Assembly (NCBI GenBank): GCA_024742355.1
Contig: JANSYM010000003.1
Location: 75,351-139,350 of the forward strand
Length of the DNA stretch: 64,000 nt
Direction of reading: 5' to 3'
Source: Hyphomonadaceae bacterium
GTDB taxonomy: Bacteria; Pseudomonadota; Alphaproteobacteria; Caulobacterales; Hyphomonadaceae
How positions within the stretch are numbered: position 1 is the first letter of the stretch; every line of letters starts with the position of its first letter. This document shows, piece by piece, positions 27,095 through 36,040 of this stretch. Both the position numbers and the translations under genes were made by a program. Under the pieces are notes generated by a model. The model saw only the letters and a program-made list of their open reading frames with translations. It made no database searches and was not told the origin of the DNA.

Positions 27095-27981
27095 CGCCCA
27101 GCCCCCAGCATGGTCGCTTTGACCCACCAGTCGCTGCGCTGTGCTGACAACGACGCCCCTGCGGCTTCGGCAGCGTCCATCGTGTCAAACAAGGCAAAGC
27201 AGGTGGCGCCAGACCCGCTCATCCGGATGAGGCGGGCGCCAGGCACGGCCTGCAAAGCGGCGAGCGCGCGTGTGATTTCGGGATGTTTGCTCATGGCCGG
27301 TGTTTCGAGGCTGTTTTCCGTATTGTCGCGCAGCCAGGACAGGAAGGCGCGCAGCGCGGTGCGATTGTCCGGCAAGGGCGGATGGTCCGGCACCGCGCCG
27401 GGGGCGACGTCATCATAAGCTGCGAACACAGGCCCGGTCGGACAAGGCGTGCCCGGATTGACGAGAAGGGCCGGAATACGCGGCACGCTGAGGACGGGAT
27501 CGTATGTCTCGCCTTCGCCGGTCATCAGGCCCGGCAGGCTGCGAAAGCAGGCCAGGACATCGCCGCCAATCAGCGGCGCGATTGTCTCGGCCATGGCCTG
27601 TACATTCTCGCCGCCATGCGCGCGCACGATCAGGCGCAGCGCGGCGCCGGCATCGGCCGAACCGCCCCCAATTCCGGCAGCACAGGGCAGGTTCTTGATC
27701 AGGCGAAAGGCGAGCTGCGGGGCATTGCCATCCAGCGCGTCATTCATCGCGCGGGCGGCTTTCAGCACCAGATTGTCCTTTGCGGGGCCTGATTGATCCG
27801 CATAGGGACCGTCGACGGCGAGGCTGAAATGGCTGGCGGGTTCTGCCGTAATCACGTCCGCCGTGTCGACATCGCTAAACGCGACCAGCGAAATCAGATT
27901 GTGCCGTCCATTCTCCTTCGGCGGGCCGACATGCAGGGAAAGATTGATCTTGGCAGGTGCGAATTCCGACAGTCGGGTCAT
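27091..27981 (-). CDS. ispE: 4-diphosphocytidyl-2C-methyl-D-erythritol kinase
   Basis: APAKINLSL, KNLPCAAGIGGGSADA and RMSGSGATCF motifs. Confidence 0.95.
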   Translation of the reverse strand: MTRLSEFAPAKINLSLHVGPPKENGRHNLISLVAFSDVDTADVITAEPASHFSLAVDGPYADQSGPAKDNLVLKAARAMNDALDGNAPQLAFRLIKNLPCAAGIGGGSADAGAALRLIVRAHGGENVQAMAETIAPLIGGDVLACFRSLPGLMTGEGETYDPVLSVPRIPALLVNPGTPCPTGPVFAAYDDVAPGAVPDHPPLPDNRTALRAFLSWLRDNTENSLETPAMSKHPEITRALAALQAVPGARLIRMSGSGATCFALFDTMDAAEAAGASLSAQRSDWWVKATMLGAGR

Positions 27982-29720
27982 GGGAAGGCGGGCGTCTGCA
28001 CATCATTGACCGCCTGCAAGAGCGCAATTCCGCCTGCCAGTTTCCGGTTCAGGAGATCGCGCTCTTCCTCGTCGGCGGCGTATTTCAGCGCACGTTCCCA
28101 CTGGAACCCGGCTTCCTTGAAGCGTCCGACCTGCCAATAGGCATCGCCGAGATGGTCGAGTATCTCCGAGATGGTCGGCTCCAGTTCGGCAGCGCGTTCG
28201 AGATAGAATATCGCGCGCTCATAATTACCAAGCTTGTAGTGCGCCCAGCCGAGACTGTCGGTAATGGCGCCATTGTCGGGCGCGTAGCGCAGGGCGGTTT
28301 CGATCAAGGCCAGGCCTTCATCGAGATTGATACCGCGATCAATCCAGCTATAGCCGAGATAATTCATGATCGTCGGATTGTCCGGCCGCAGGTTCATTGC
28401 GGTTTGCAGGTCATTCTCGGCCCGTGGCCACTCGCCGAGACGCTCACGGGCGCCGCCGCGCGCATAATAGATGCGCCAGTCATAATGGCCTTCGGCTTCG
28501 TCCGCTTCGATAATGTCGGTGAATGTGTCCTCGGCTTCACCGTCGCGGCCGAGCGATTGCAGCAGGTCGGCGAGCTGGACGCGGATATTGCGGTCATCGG
28601 TCCGCGCCAGCGTCTCGCGGGCAATGATCAGGGCCTCATCGTCGCGGCCTTCGCGGCGCAGCGCCCAGGCCAGCTGTCCCTGCGCGCTGGTATGATGGAC
28701 GGACTCATCGGTGATGGTTTTCAACAGCGCGATGGCTTCCGGTCGCCGATCAGACTGGTCCAGCACATCGGCCCAGAGCGTCTTGGCGACGTCGAGGTCC
28801 GGGTCGAGATAACTGGCCATGGCGAAATAGACGGCAGGCACATCGCCATAGCCCTGCGAAGCTTGCGGCGCCGTCGCCAGATAGATGGCAAGCGCGGTGC
28901 CCTCCGCCGCAGAGTAGCTTGGCATTGGCGTGACCGCGCCGGCTTCGATTTCATCGGCGAGCGCGGTCAGGGCGGGGTGGCGGCCAACTTCGGTGCGGAA
29001 TGCTGTCAGTCTCTGCAGTGCCTTTTCTTCGTCACCAGCCAGCGCCAGCAGGCGAGCCTCGGTTTCCACGCCCAAGGCGAGGCGGGCGCTCAGGTCGAAC
29101 AGATAACCGAGATCGGAACGCGCGCCGGCTTCATCGCCGGAATTGGCTTTCATGATCGCCGCCAGGGTTTGCCCCATCAGCGTGAACAGGCCGTCTTCAC
29201 CACCGGCTTGCTGCTGTAGCGCGATCGCCGACTGCGGATCGTCATCCAGCAGATTCCAGGCGGCCAGGCTGCGGGCGAGCATGGCGTGATAATCATTGCG
29301 CCAGGGCTGGTCGAGATGCGCCAGCGCGGCAGTGCTGTCACCGCGCCGCGTGGCTTCGATGGCGAGCAGCAGTCGTGGCAATTCGGTTTCATCCAGCGTT
29401 TCCGGCGGCAGGCGCTTGGCGAGGGCAACCGCGCGCGGTACCTCGCCGATGCGCAAGATCGAGAAGATCGCCTGTTCGGCCACCCAGGGGTCATCGTGCA
29501 CCTGTCGCAACAGCCGGGCATAGTGTCTGGCCGAGGTTTGCGGGTCGTCGGTCAGGCCCGCATATTTTGCGACCGCATAGGTGCTCAGCGTGTCGATTTC
29601 CTTGCGCAACTGTGTGTCGGCTTCGGCCCGCGCCAGAATTTCAGCTGGCGCCACGGCGCCGCTGGAAACACAGGCGGAGACGGTCAGACAGGACACGGAG
29701 AAAAGAAGCGCGCGAAACAT
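27978..29720 (-). CDS. Tetratricopeptide repeat lipoprotein
   Basis: Lipobox SAC; NYLGYSW and DSLGWAHYKLG TPR units; adjacent to ispE. Confidence 0.88.
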   Translation of the reverse strand: MFRALLFSVSCLTVSACVSSGAVAPAEILARAEADTQLRKEIDTLSTYAVAKYAGLTDDPQTSARHYARLLRQVHDDPWVAEQAIFSILRIGEVPRAVALAKRLPPETLDETELPRLLLAIEATRRGDSTAALAHLDQPWRNDYHAMLARSLAAWNLLDDDPQSAIALQQQAGGEDGLFTLMGQTLAAIMKANSGDEAGARSDLGYLFDLSARLALGVETEARLLALAGDEEKALQRLTAFRTEVGRHPALTALADEIEAGAVTPMPSYSAAEGTALAIYLATAPQASQGYGDVPAVYFAMASYLDPDLDVAKTLWADVLDQSDRRPEAIALLKTITDESVHHTSAQGQLAWALRREGRDDEALIIARETLARTDDRNIRVQLADLLQSLGRDGEAEDTFTDIIEADEAEGHYDWRIYYARGGARERLGEWPRAENDLQTAMNLRPDNPTIMNYLGYSWIDRGINLDEGLALIETALRYAPDNGAITDSLGWAHYKLGNYERAIFYLERAAELEPTISEILDHLGDAYWQVGRFKEAGFQWERALKYAADEEERDLLNRKLAGGIALLQAVNDVQTPAFP

Positions 29721-29801
29721 AGCCTGTCTTGTCTCAACGACCGCGGTTTCAGGCAAGTAAAAGTCTGAAATTTAATTGCAGGTCATTTTTTGCCGAAACG
29801 C

Positions 29802-30821
29802 CTAGTGCGCGCGGCTGACACAGAAGTCGGCAAGACCAGACAGGGCCTTGGTCCACTGGCTGTCCGGCAGGGTGCGCAGCGCCGCCTTGGCGAGCTCTGC
29901 ATAGGCTTTCGCTTCGACCAGGGTTGCCTCTGCCGCACCGGTGGAGCGGATCAGGTAGATCGCATGCGCCAGATCACCTTCGGCCTGCTGCTCAGGATCG
30001 AGCGCCCGGTCCCAGAAGTCCTGGTCTTCCGAGCTGCCGCGTCGCCGCGCGATGATCACAGGCAGGGTCGTTTTGCCTTCCCGGAAGTCGTCCCCGACGG
30101 CTTTGCCAATGACGGAGGTCGTGCCGCCATAATCGAGGGCATCGTCAATGATCTGGAAGGCGAGGCCAAGATTTTTGCCGTAAGAGGCAAGCGCTGCCGC
30201 ATATTGTTCGCCTTGCGGACCTGCTGACAGGGCGCCGGCTTCAGCGGCGGCCTCGAACAGGGCCGCCGTCTTCGCCTCGATAATGGCGAGATATTCTTCG
30301 GTGGGCAGATCTGTCCGGCTCGCGGCAGCAAGCTGGTGCACTTCGCCTTCCGCAATCACCGACGAGGCGTCCGAGAGGATGCGCAGGATTTCCAGGCTGC
30401 CGGTCTCGACCATCAGCGTGAACGCGCGGGCGAACAGGAAGTCACCGACCAGGATGGAGGCATTATTGCCCCAGACATTCTTAGCCGCTTTCTTGCCGCG
30501 GCGCAGATCACTGTCATCGACAACATCATCATGCAGCAGGGTGGCTGTGTGAATGAACTCGACGGCTGTGGCCAGGGCGTGCGTGCCGGCATTCGCGCCG
30601 CCGCAGGCATGGGCGGCTGCCAGCGTGATCATCGGGCGCAGGCGTTTGCCGCCAGCCGAGACGATATAGCCAGACAGATCGGGAATGACGTCGACCGGGC
30701 TTTTTGCACGCGCAATCAGCAAGGCCTCCGTTGCCGTGAGGTCGTCGCTCAGCATGTCCTGCAGACGTTCAACAATTGTGTCGATGTCAGCGGTGCGGGA
30801 GGGGTTGGTTTGCGCTGTCAC
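29802..30821 (-). CDS. ispB: Polyprenyl (octa/decaprenyl) diphosphate synthase
   Basis: GGKRLRP, LLHDDVVD...RRG and FQIIDD motifs. Confidence 0.9.
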   Translation of the reverse strand: MTAQTNPSRTADIDTIVERLQDMLSDDLTATEALLIARAKSPVDVIPDLSGYIVSAGGKRLRPMITLAAAHACGGANAGTHALATAVEFIHTATLLHDDVVDDSDLRRGKKAAKNVWGNNASILVGDFLFARAFTLMVETGSLEILRILSDASSVIAEGEVHQLAAASRTDLPTEEYLAIIEAKTAALFEAAAEAGALSAGPQGEQYAAALASYGKNLGLAFQIIDDALDYGGTTSVIGKAVGDDFREGKTTLPVIIARRRGSSEDQDFWDRALDPEQQAEGDLAHAIYLIRSTGAAEATLVEAKAYAELAKAALRTLPDSQWTKALSGLADFCVSRAH

Positions 30822-30929
30822 GCCGGAAGTCCTATTTCACTTTTGCTTCGCTTTCCATACAGGTAGCGCAAAATTGAAGTCTCGCAGCTGCGGTAAGCCA
30901 CCGCATGCGGCAAAAGTGGAGAAATATCC

Positions 30930-31139
30930 GTGGAAGAAGTGTTTCGTACCAATGACTTGGTGAAGCTGTCATATATCCGGCACCTCCTGCAGGAAGACGG
31001 TATCGAGCCCTTCGTGCTGGACGAGCATACTGCAATGATTGATGGCCGCGGCCCGATGGTGCCGATCCGGATCACCGTACGCGAAGACCTGGCCGACCGG
31101 GCGCGTTTCCTGCTGCGCGATGTGGAGAAGGATGCGTGA
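30930..31139 (+). CDS. DUF2007 domain protein
   Basis: RTNDLVKLSYIRHLLQEDGIE and RITVREDLADRAR. Confidence 0.8.
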   Translation: MEEVFRTNDLVKLSYIRHLLQEDGIEPFVLDEHTAMIDGRGPMVPIRITVREDLADRARFLLRDVEKDA

Positions 31140-31873
31140 CAGCGTTTTCGGTCGATGATTTCTATTCCGGCCGGATCAAGGTCTATCAGCCCAAAAAAGG
31201 CTTTCGCGCGGGGACAGACAGCCTGTTGCTCGCCTCAGCGCTGGATAGATTCACTGAGGGCGAAGTGCTGGACATTGGTTGCGGTGCCGGCGGTGCACTT
31301 CTCCCGGCTGCGCACCGGCTGAAACGAGCACGCCTCACAGGTCTCGAGATCGACCCGGAAATGGTGACGCTCGCTGAAAAAGGCGTGGCGACAAACGTGT
31401 TTCAGGAGCGTGTCCAGGTCCGGCAGGGCAGCGTGAGCGATCTGCCGGACGCCTGGCAGAACCGGTTTGATCTGGTCATCTCCAATCCGCCATTCTTCGA
31501 GACCGGAACAATCCAGACACCGGGCGAGGGTAAGGAAACGGCCTATCTGGAGAGCGTGACGCTAAAGGATTGGATCAATGCCATGCTGTTCGCGCTGCGC
31601 CCAAAAGGCACGTTCGTGATGGTGCATCGCGCGGCGGACCTGGCGCGGATCCTCTCGATTATCGAGCGTCAGACCGGGGAAATTACCGTCCTTCCCATCC
31701 ATTCCTATCCCGGCGCCGAGGCCAAGCGGGTGTTGGTGCGAGCGCGAAAAGGGCTTCGTTCCGGGCCCATGCGTTTGCTGGAGCCGCGTTATCTCTATCA
31801 CGAGAAAGGCGGTGAGCGCCGCGGCTGGACGCTCGCCATGCAGCGCGATGGCGCCGAGATTGACTGGAATTAA
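31136..31873 (+). CDS. tRNA1(Val) A37 N6-methyltransferase-like SAM methyltransferase
   Basis: [17 protein letters not shown] and NPPF motifs. Confidence 0.88.
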   Translation: MTAFSVDDFYSGRIKVYQPKKGFRAGTDSLLLASALDRFTEGEVLDIGCGAGGALLPAAHRLKRARLTGLEIDPEMVTLAEKGVATNVFQERVQVRQGSVSDLPDAWQNRFDLVISNPPFFETGTIQTPGEGKETAYLESVTLKDWINAMLFALRPKGTFVMVHRAADLARILSIIERQTGEITVLPIHSYPGAEAKRVLVRARKGLRSGPMRLLEPRYLYHEKGGERRGWTLAMQRDGAEIDWN

Positions 31874-31947
31874 GCGCGCCCCATGCTTGCCCCGAAGCGC
31901 AGACCGGAGTAGGCGGAGCGCATCAGAATCTATCGGCTGAGCCTGCC

Positions 31948-32850
31948 ATGACCGCACCTGTTGCCCGCGACAAACCAAATTCATTCCAGGAGCTTATCCT
32001 GCGCCTCCAGAATTACTGGGCGGAGCAGGGCTGCGCCATCCTGCAGCCCTATGACATGGAAGTCGGGGCCGGGACGCTGCATCCGGCTACGGTCCTGCGG
32101 GCGCTGGGTCCGAAAGACTGGCGCGCCGCCTATGTTCAGCCTTCGCGCCGCCCAGCCGATGCGCGCTACGGCGAAAACCCGATGCGGCTGGGCCATTATT
32201 ACCAATACCAGGTCATCCTGAAGCCAAACCCGCGCAACCTGCAGGATCTGTATCTGAACTCGCTCTACGAGATCGGCATCGACCCGACCGTGCACGATAT
32301 TCGTTTTGTCGAGGATGACTGGGAGAACCCGACGGTCGGGGCCTGGGGCCTCGGTTGGGAAGTCTGGTGCGATGGTATGGAAGTCAGCCAGTACACCTAT
32401 TTCCAGCAAGTCGGTGGCCTGGATGTGTTCCCGGTCTCGGGCGAGCTGACATACGGCCTGGAGCGCCTGGCCATGTATGTGTTCGGCGTCGACAATGTCT
32501 ATGACCTGCCCTTCAACGCCCCGGACAGCGAAACGCCGCTCTCCTATGGCGATGTCTTCATCGAGAATGAGCGCCAGCAATCGGCCTTCAATTTCGAGCA
32601 TTCGGATGTCGAGATGCTGCAGCGCTGGTTCAGCGATTGCGAAAACCAGTCCAACACGCTGCGCGATGCCGGCAAGCCACTGCCCGCCTATGATTTCGCG
32701 CTGAAAGCCAGCCACGTGTTCAATCTGATCGATGCGCGTGGCGCCATTTCGCCGACCGAGCGCCAGGCCTTTATCGGCCGCGTCCGTGACCTGGCGCGCG
32801 GCGCCGCAGAGCAATGGGCCGAGCAGGAAGCTGCGAGGGCTGAGGGATGA
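31948..32850 (+). CDS. glyQ: Glycine--tRNA ligase alpha subunit
   Basis: [22 protein letters not shown] and ELTYGLERL motifs. Confidence 0.98.
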   Translation: MTAPVARDKPNSFQELILRLQNYWAEQGCAILQPYDMEVGAGTLHPATVLRALGPKDWRAAYVQPSRRPADARYGENPMRLGHYYQYQVILKPNPRNLQDLYLNSLYEIGIDPTVHDIRFVEDDWENPTVGAWGLGWEVWCDGMEVSQYTYFQQVGGLDVFPVSGELTYGLERLAMYVFGVDNVYDLPFNAPDSETPLSYGDVFIENERQQSAFNFEHSDVEMLQRWFSDCENQSNTLRDAGKPLPAYDFALKASHVFNLIDARGAISPTERQAFIGRVRDLARGAAEQWAEQEAARAEG

Positions 32851-33212
32851 GCAAGGTCAATATTGCCGAGAAGTTCGAGCTGTTCGAAGAAGCCTGGACC
32901 CCGAAAATTGCGGGCCAGGTCAATGACATGCATTTGAAGCTCGCCAAGTTTCGTGGCGACTTCCAATGGCACTCACACGATAAGGAAGATGAGCTGTTCC
33001 TGGTCGTCAGCGGCACGATGCGGATGGCCTTTCGCGATCGCGAAGAGATTGTCGAGACCGGCGAGTTCATCATCGTCCCGCGCGGCGTCGAGCATCGACC
33101 GGGCGCGGTCGGTGAGGAATGCCACGTGATCCTGCTTGAGCCTGCAACGACCGTGAATACCGGCGACGGGGCGACGACCGATTTTACCGTAACAGATTTG
33201 GAGGAAATCTGA
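32847..33212 (+). CDS. Cupin domain protein
   Basis: [11 protein letters not shown] and VPRGVEHRP motifs. Confidence 0.88.
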   Translation: MSKVNIAEKFELFEEAWTPKIAGQVNDMHLKLAKFRGDFQWHSHDKEDELFLVVSGTMRMAFRDREEIVETGEFIIVPRGVEHRPGAVGEECHVILLEPATTVNTGDGATTDFTVTDLEEI

Positions 33213-33451
33213 TGGCTGATCCAGAAATTGGCGGCAATGAGCCAATCGCGGTCGAAGTCGAAGAAGGCAAGATCTATTGGTGGTGTGCATGTGGGCGCTC
33301 GGCCAACCAACCCTTCTGCGACGGCTCGCACAAGGACACTGAATTTATTCCGCAAGGCTGGGAAGCGCCGAAAACCGGCAAAGTCTTCTTCTGCGCCTGC
33401 AAACGTTCCGGCAAGGCACCACTGTGCGACGGCGCGCATAACAATCTCTGA
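33212..33451 (+). CDS. CDGSH iron-sulfur domain protein with two motifs
   Basis: WCACGRS..QPFCDGSH and FCACKRS...PLCDGAH. Confidence 0.92.
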   Translation: MADPEIGGNEPIAVEVEEGKIYWWCACGRSANQPFCDGSHKDTEFIPQGWEAPKTGKVFFCACKRSGKAPLCDGAHNNL

Positions 33452-33474
33452 GACAGACACGATACTGGGCTGAT

Positions 33475-35598
33475 ATGGCTGAACTTTTCCTCGAAATTTT
33501 CTGCGAAGAAATTCCTGCGCGCATGCAGGCCAAGGCGGAACGCGATCTTCGCGACGCGGTCCTGAAGGGCCTCGGCGAGGCAGGGCTCGCAGTAGAGACC
33601 TCGTCCTCCATGTCGGGGCCGCGGCGTCTGGCGGTTTCCTGCACGGGCGTCCCGGCCGGGTCCGACGATGTTACCGAGGAACGCAAGGGCCCGAAGGTTG
33701 GCGCACCGGACAAGGCGGTCGAAGGCTTTCTGCGCGGCGCCGGCCTCAGCTCGATTGACGAGGCCGAGGTGCGGTCTGATCCGAAGAAAGGCGATTTCTA
33801 TGTCGCCAAGCGGACCATCCCCGGCCGCGCGACGGCGGACATTGTCGCTGAGCTGATCCCGGACATTATGCGCGGATTCCACTGGCCGAAATCGATGCGC
33901 ACAGGTCGCGGCGAGATGCGTTGGGTGCGCCCGCTGCAGCGCATTGTCTGCCTGTTTGACGGCAAGATTGTCGGTTTCGAAGTCGACGGCATTGCCAGCG
34001 GCGACGAGACCGAAGGCCACCGCGTACATGGCCGCGGCCCGTTCAAGGTCAGCGGCGCAAAAGACTATGTCGCGCAGCTCGAAGGCGACGGCCATGTCCT
34101 GCTGACCCGCGATGTCCGGCGGACCAAGATTGACGCCGAAGCCAAAGCGATCTGCGAGAAAGCCGGCCTGCAACTGGTCGAAGACAAGGGCCTGCTCGAG
34201 GAAGTGGTCGGCCTGGCCGAATGGCCGGTGGAGATCCTTGGCGAAATGGACCCGGTTTTCCTTGAGCTGCCGCCAGAAGTCATTCAGCTCTCGATGCGCA
34301 CGCACCAGAAATACTTTGCCGTGCGCGACCCGAAGACGGGCGCGCTGGCGCCGAATTTTGTCGTTGTCGCCAATATTGACGCGGCCGATGGCGGCAAGGC
34401 GATTGCGGCCGGGAACCGGAAAGTCCTGTCGGCCCGCCTCGAAGACGGCCGCTTTTTCTGGGAGAATGACAAGAAAACCGGCCTGGACGCGATGGCGCCG
34501 AAGCTCGGCAAGATCGATTTCAAGAAAGAGCTCGGCACGGTCGCCGACAAGGTTGAGCGCATTGCAGCTCTGGCCCGCGAACTGACGCCCAAGGTTGGCG
34601 CGGATGCCGATCTCGCCGAACGCGCCGCGCGCCTCGCCAAGGCCGACCTGGTCTCTGAGATGGTCTATGAATTCCCGGAACTGCAGGGCGTGATGGGCCG
34701 GTATTATGCGCTGGAAGCGGGCGAAGACGCACGCGTCGCCGACGCGGTGCGTGATCACTACAAGCCGCAAGGCCCATCAGATGCGGTGCCGTCTGAGCCG
34801 GTCAGTATTGCAGTCGCGCTCGCCGACAAGCTCGACACGCTGGTCGGTTTCTGGGCGATTGACGAGAAGCCGACAGGGTCGAAGGACCCGTTTGCGTTGA
34901 GACGTGCGGCGCTGGGTGTGGTTCGTGTGATACTCGAAAACTCGATTTCGATTTCCATCAAAGAGATATCTGAAGCGCACTTATCGCGATTGTTGGTTCA
35001 AGATCCGAGCGACACGGATGCGTTCGCTGTATTTCACTCCGATCATACAGTGGAGTACAAAGTTGTAGCGAACCTCCTCTCCTTCTTCGCCGACCGCCTC
35101 AAACAATACCTCCGCGATCAGGGCCAACGCCATGACCTGATCGATGCCGTGTTTGCGCTCGGGGAGGACGACCTCGTCCTGATCGTCAAACGCGTCGAAG
35201 CGCTCGCGGCTTTCCTCGACTCCGAGGACGGAGCGAACCTGCTCGCAGGCTATAAGCGCGCGGCGAATATTCTCCGCGCTGAGGAGAAGAAGGACAAGCG
35301 GGCCTTTGACGGCGCGGTCGACGAGAGCAAGCTCGGCGCCAAGGCTGAGAAAGCCCTGCACGCCGCGGTGGCCAAGGCTTCCGATGCAGCCGAGGCCGCG
35401 CTCGAGAAAGAGGATTTCGCCGCCGCCATGTCCGCTTTGGCCAGCCTGCGGGCGCCGGTCGATGCGTTCTTCGATGGTCCGGACAGCGTCATGGTCAATG
35501 CTGATGAGGCCGACATCCGCGAAAACCGGCTAAACCTGCTCAACATGATGCGCGCAGCGATCGGAACGGTCGCTGATTTCAGCAAGATTGAGGGCTGA
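33475..35598 (+). CDS. glyS: Glycine--tRNA ligase beta subunit
   Basis: LEIFCEEIPARM, RWVRP, EFPELQG.MG and GSKDPFALRRAALG motifs. Confidence 0.97.
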   Translation: MAELFLEIFCEEIPARMQAKAERDLRDAVLKGLGEAGLAVETSSSMSGPRRLAVSCTGVPAGSDDVTEERKGPKVGAPDKAVEGFLRGAGLSSIDEAEVRSDPKKGDFYVAKRTIPGRATADIVAELIPDIMRGFHWPKSMRTGRGEMRWVRPLQRIVCLFDGKIVGFEVDGIASGDETEGHRVHGRGPFKVSGAKDYVAQLEGDGHVLLTRDVRRTKIDAEAKAICEKAGLQLVEDKGLLEEVVGLAEWPVEILGEMDPVFLELPPEVIQLSMRTHQKYFAVRDPKTGALAPNFVVVANIDAADGGKAIAAGNRKVLSARLEDGRFFWENDKKTGLDAMAPKLGKIDFKKELGTVADKVERIAALARELTPKVGADADLAERAARLAKADLVSEMVYEFPELQGVMGRYYALEAGEDARVADAVRDHYKPQGPSDAVPSEPVSIAVALADKLDTLVGFWAIDEKPTGSKDPFALRRAALGVVRVILENSISISIKEISEAHLSRLLVQDPSDTDAFAVFHSDHTVEYKVVANLLSFFADRLKQYLRDQGQRHDLIDAVFALGEDDLVLIVKRVEALAAFLDSEDGANLLAGYKRAANILRAEEKKDKRAFDGAVDESKLGAKAEKALHAAVAKASDAAEAALEKEDFAAAMSALASLRAPVDAFFDGPDSVMVNADEADIRENRLNLLNMMRAAIGTVADFSKIEG

Positions 35599-35715
35599 TC
35601 AGCCCAGTATCTGTACCAGCGTCGGATCGGTCACCAGCACCACACAGAGAGCGATGGCGCTTAGCCCCGCCAGCGTGTTGAGGGATAGCAGATCCCGCAA
35701 TCTCAATTTTAACAT
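35599..35715 (-). CDS. Candidate 38-aa small membrane protein
   Basis: MLKLRLRDLLSLNTLAGLSAIALCVVLVTDPTLVQILG; its stop abuts the glyS stop; contains rare codons (TTA, CTA, AGA). Confidence 0.3.
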   Translation of the reverse strand: MLKLRLRDLLSLNTLAGLSAIALCVVLVTDPTLVQILG

Positions 35716-36040
35716 CAGCCCAGCCTTTCCAGGACGCATCATGCATTGATTCTAGGACGGGTCCTTATCGTTGCATCTCAAAAACGTTTCACGATTGTGC
35801 GAGATCGTGTCTGAACAGAGGCTGAGCCACCTCGTTGTTCTTGATTCATGTTGCGGCGCAGCAACAAGAATTTGCTAAAATCACGTCGATCCAGCCGATA
35901 TGGGGCATGTTTGTTCGGTGACAGCGTAATCAGACGAAATGACGTCTTGATTCTCGGCGCCAACCATGGCGCTTGGCTTTCGAGTAGAGTCCCGGCAAAA
36001 GTGTCGGCGCATTCCATATGGGAATCGAGGAGTTTGAACG

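Noticed and set aside
33274-34770. 498-aa minus-strand ORF and similar long antisense ORFs (e.g. 8484-9611, 14015-15046, 27957-29219, 39132-40094)
   Set aside because: These are shadow frames opposite well-supported genes, as expected in high-GC DNA, and carry no family motifs.
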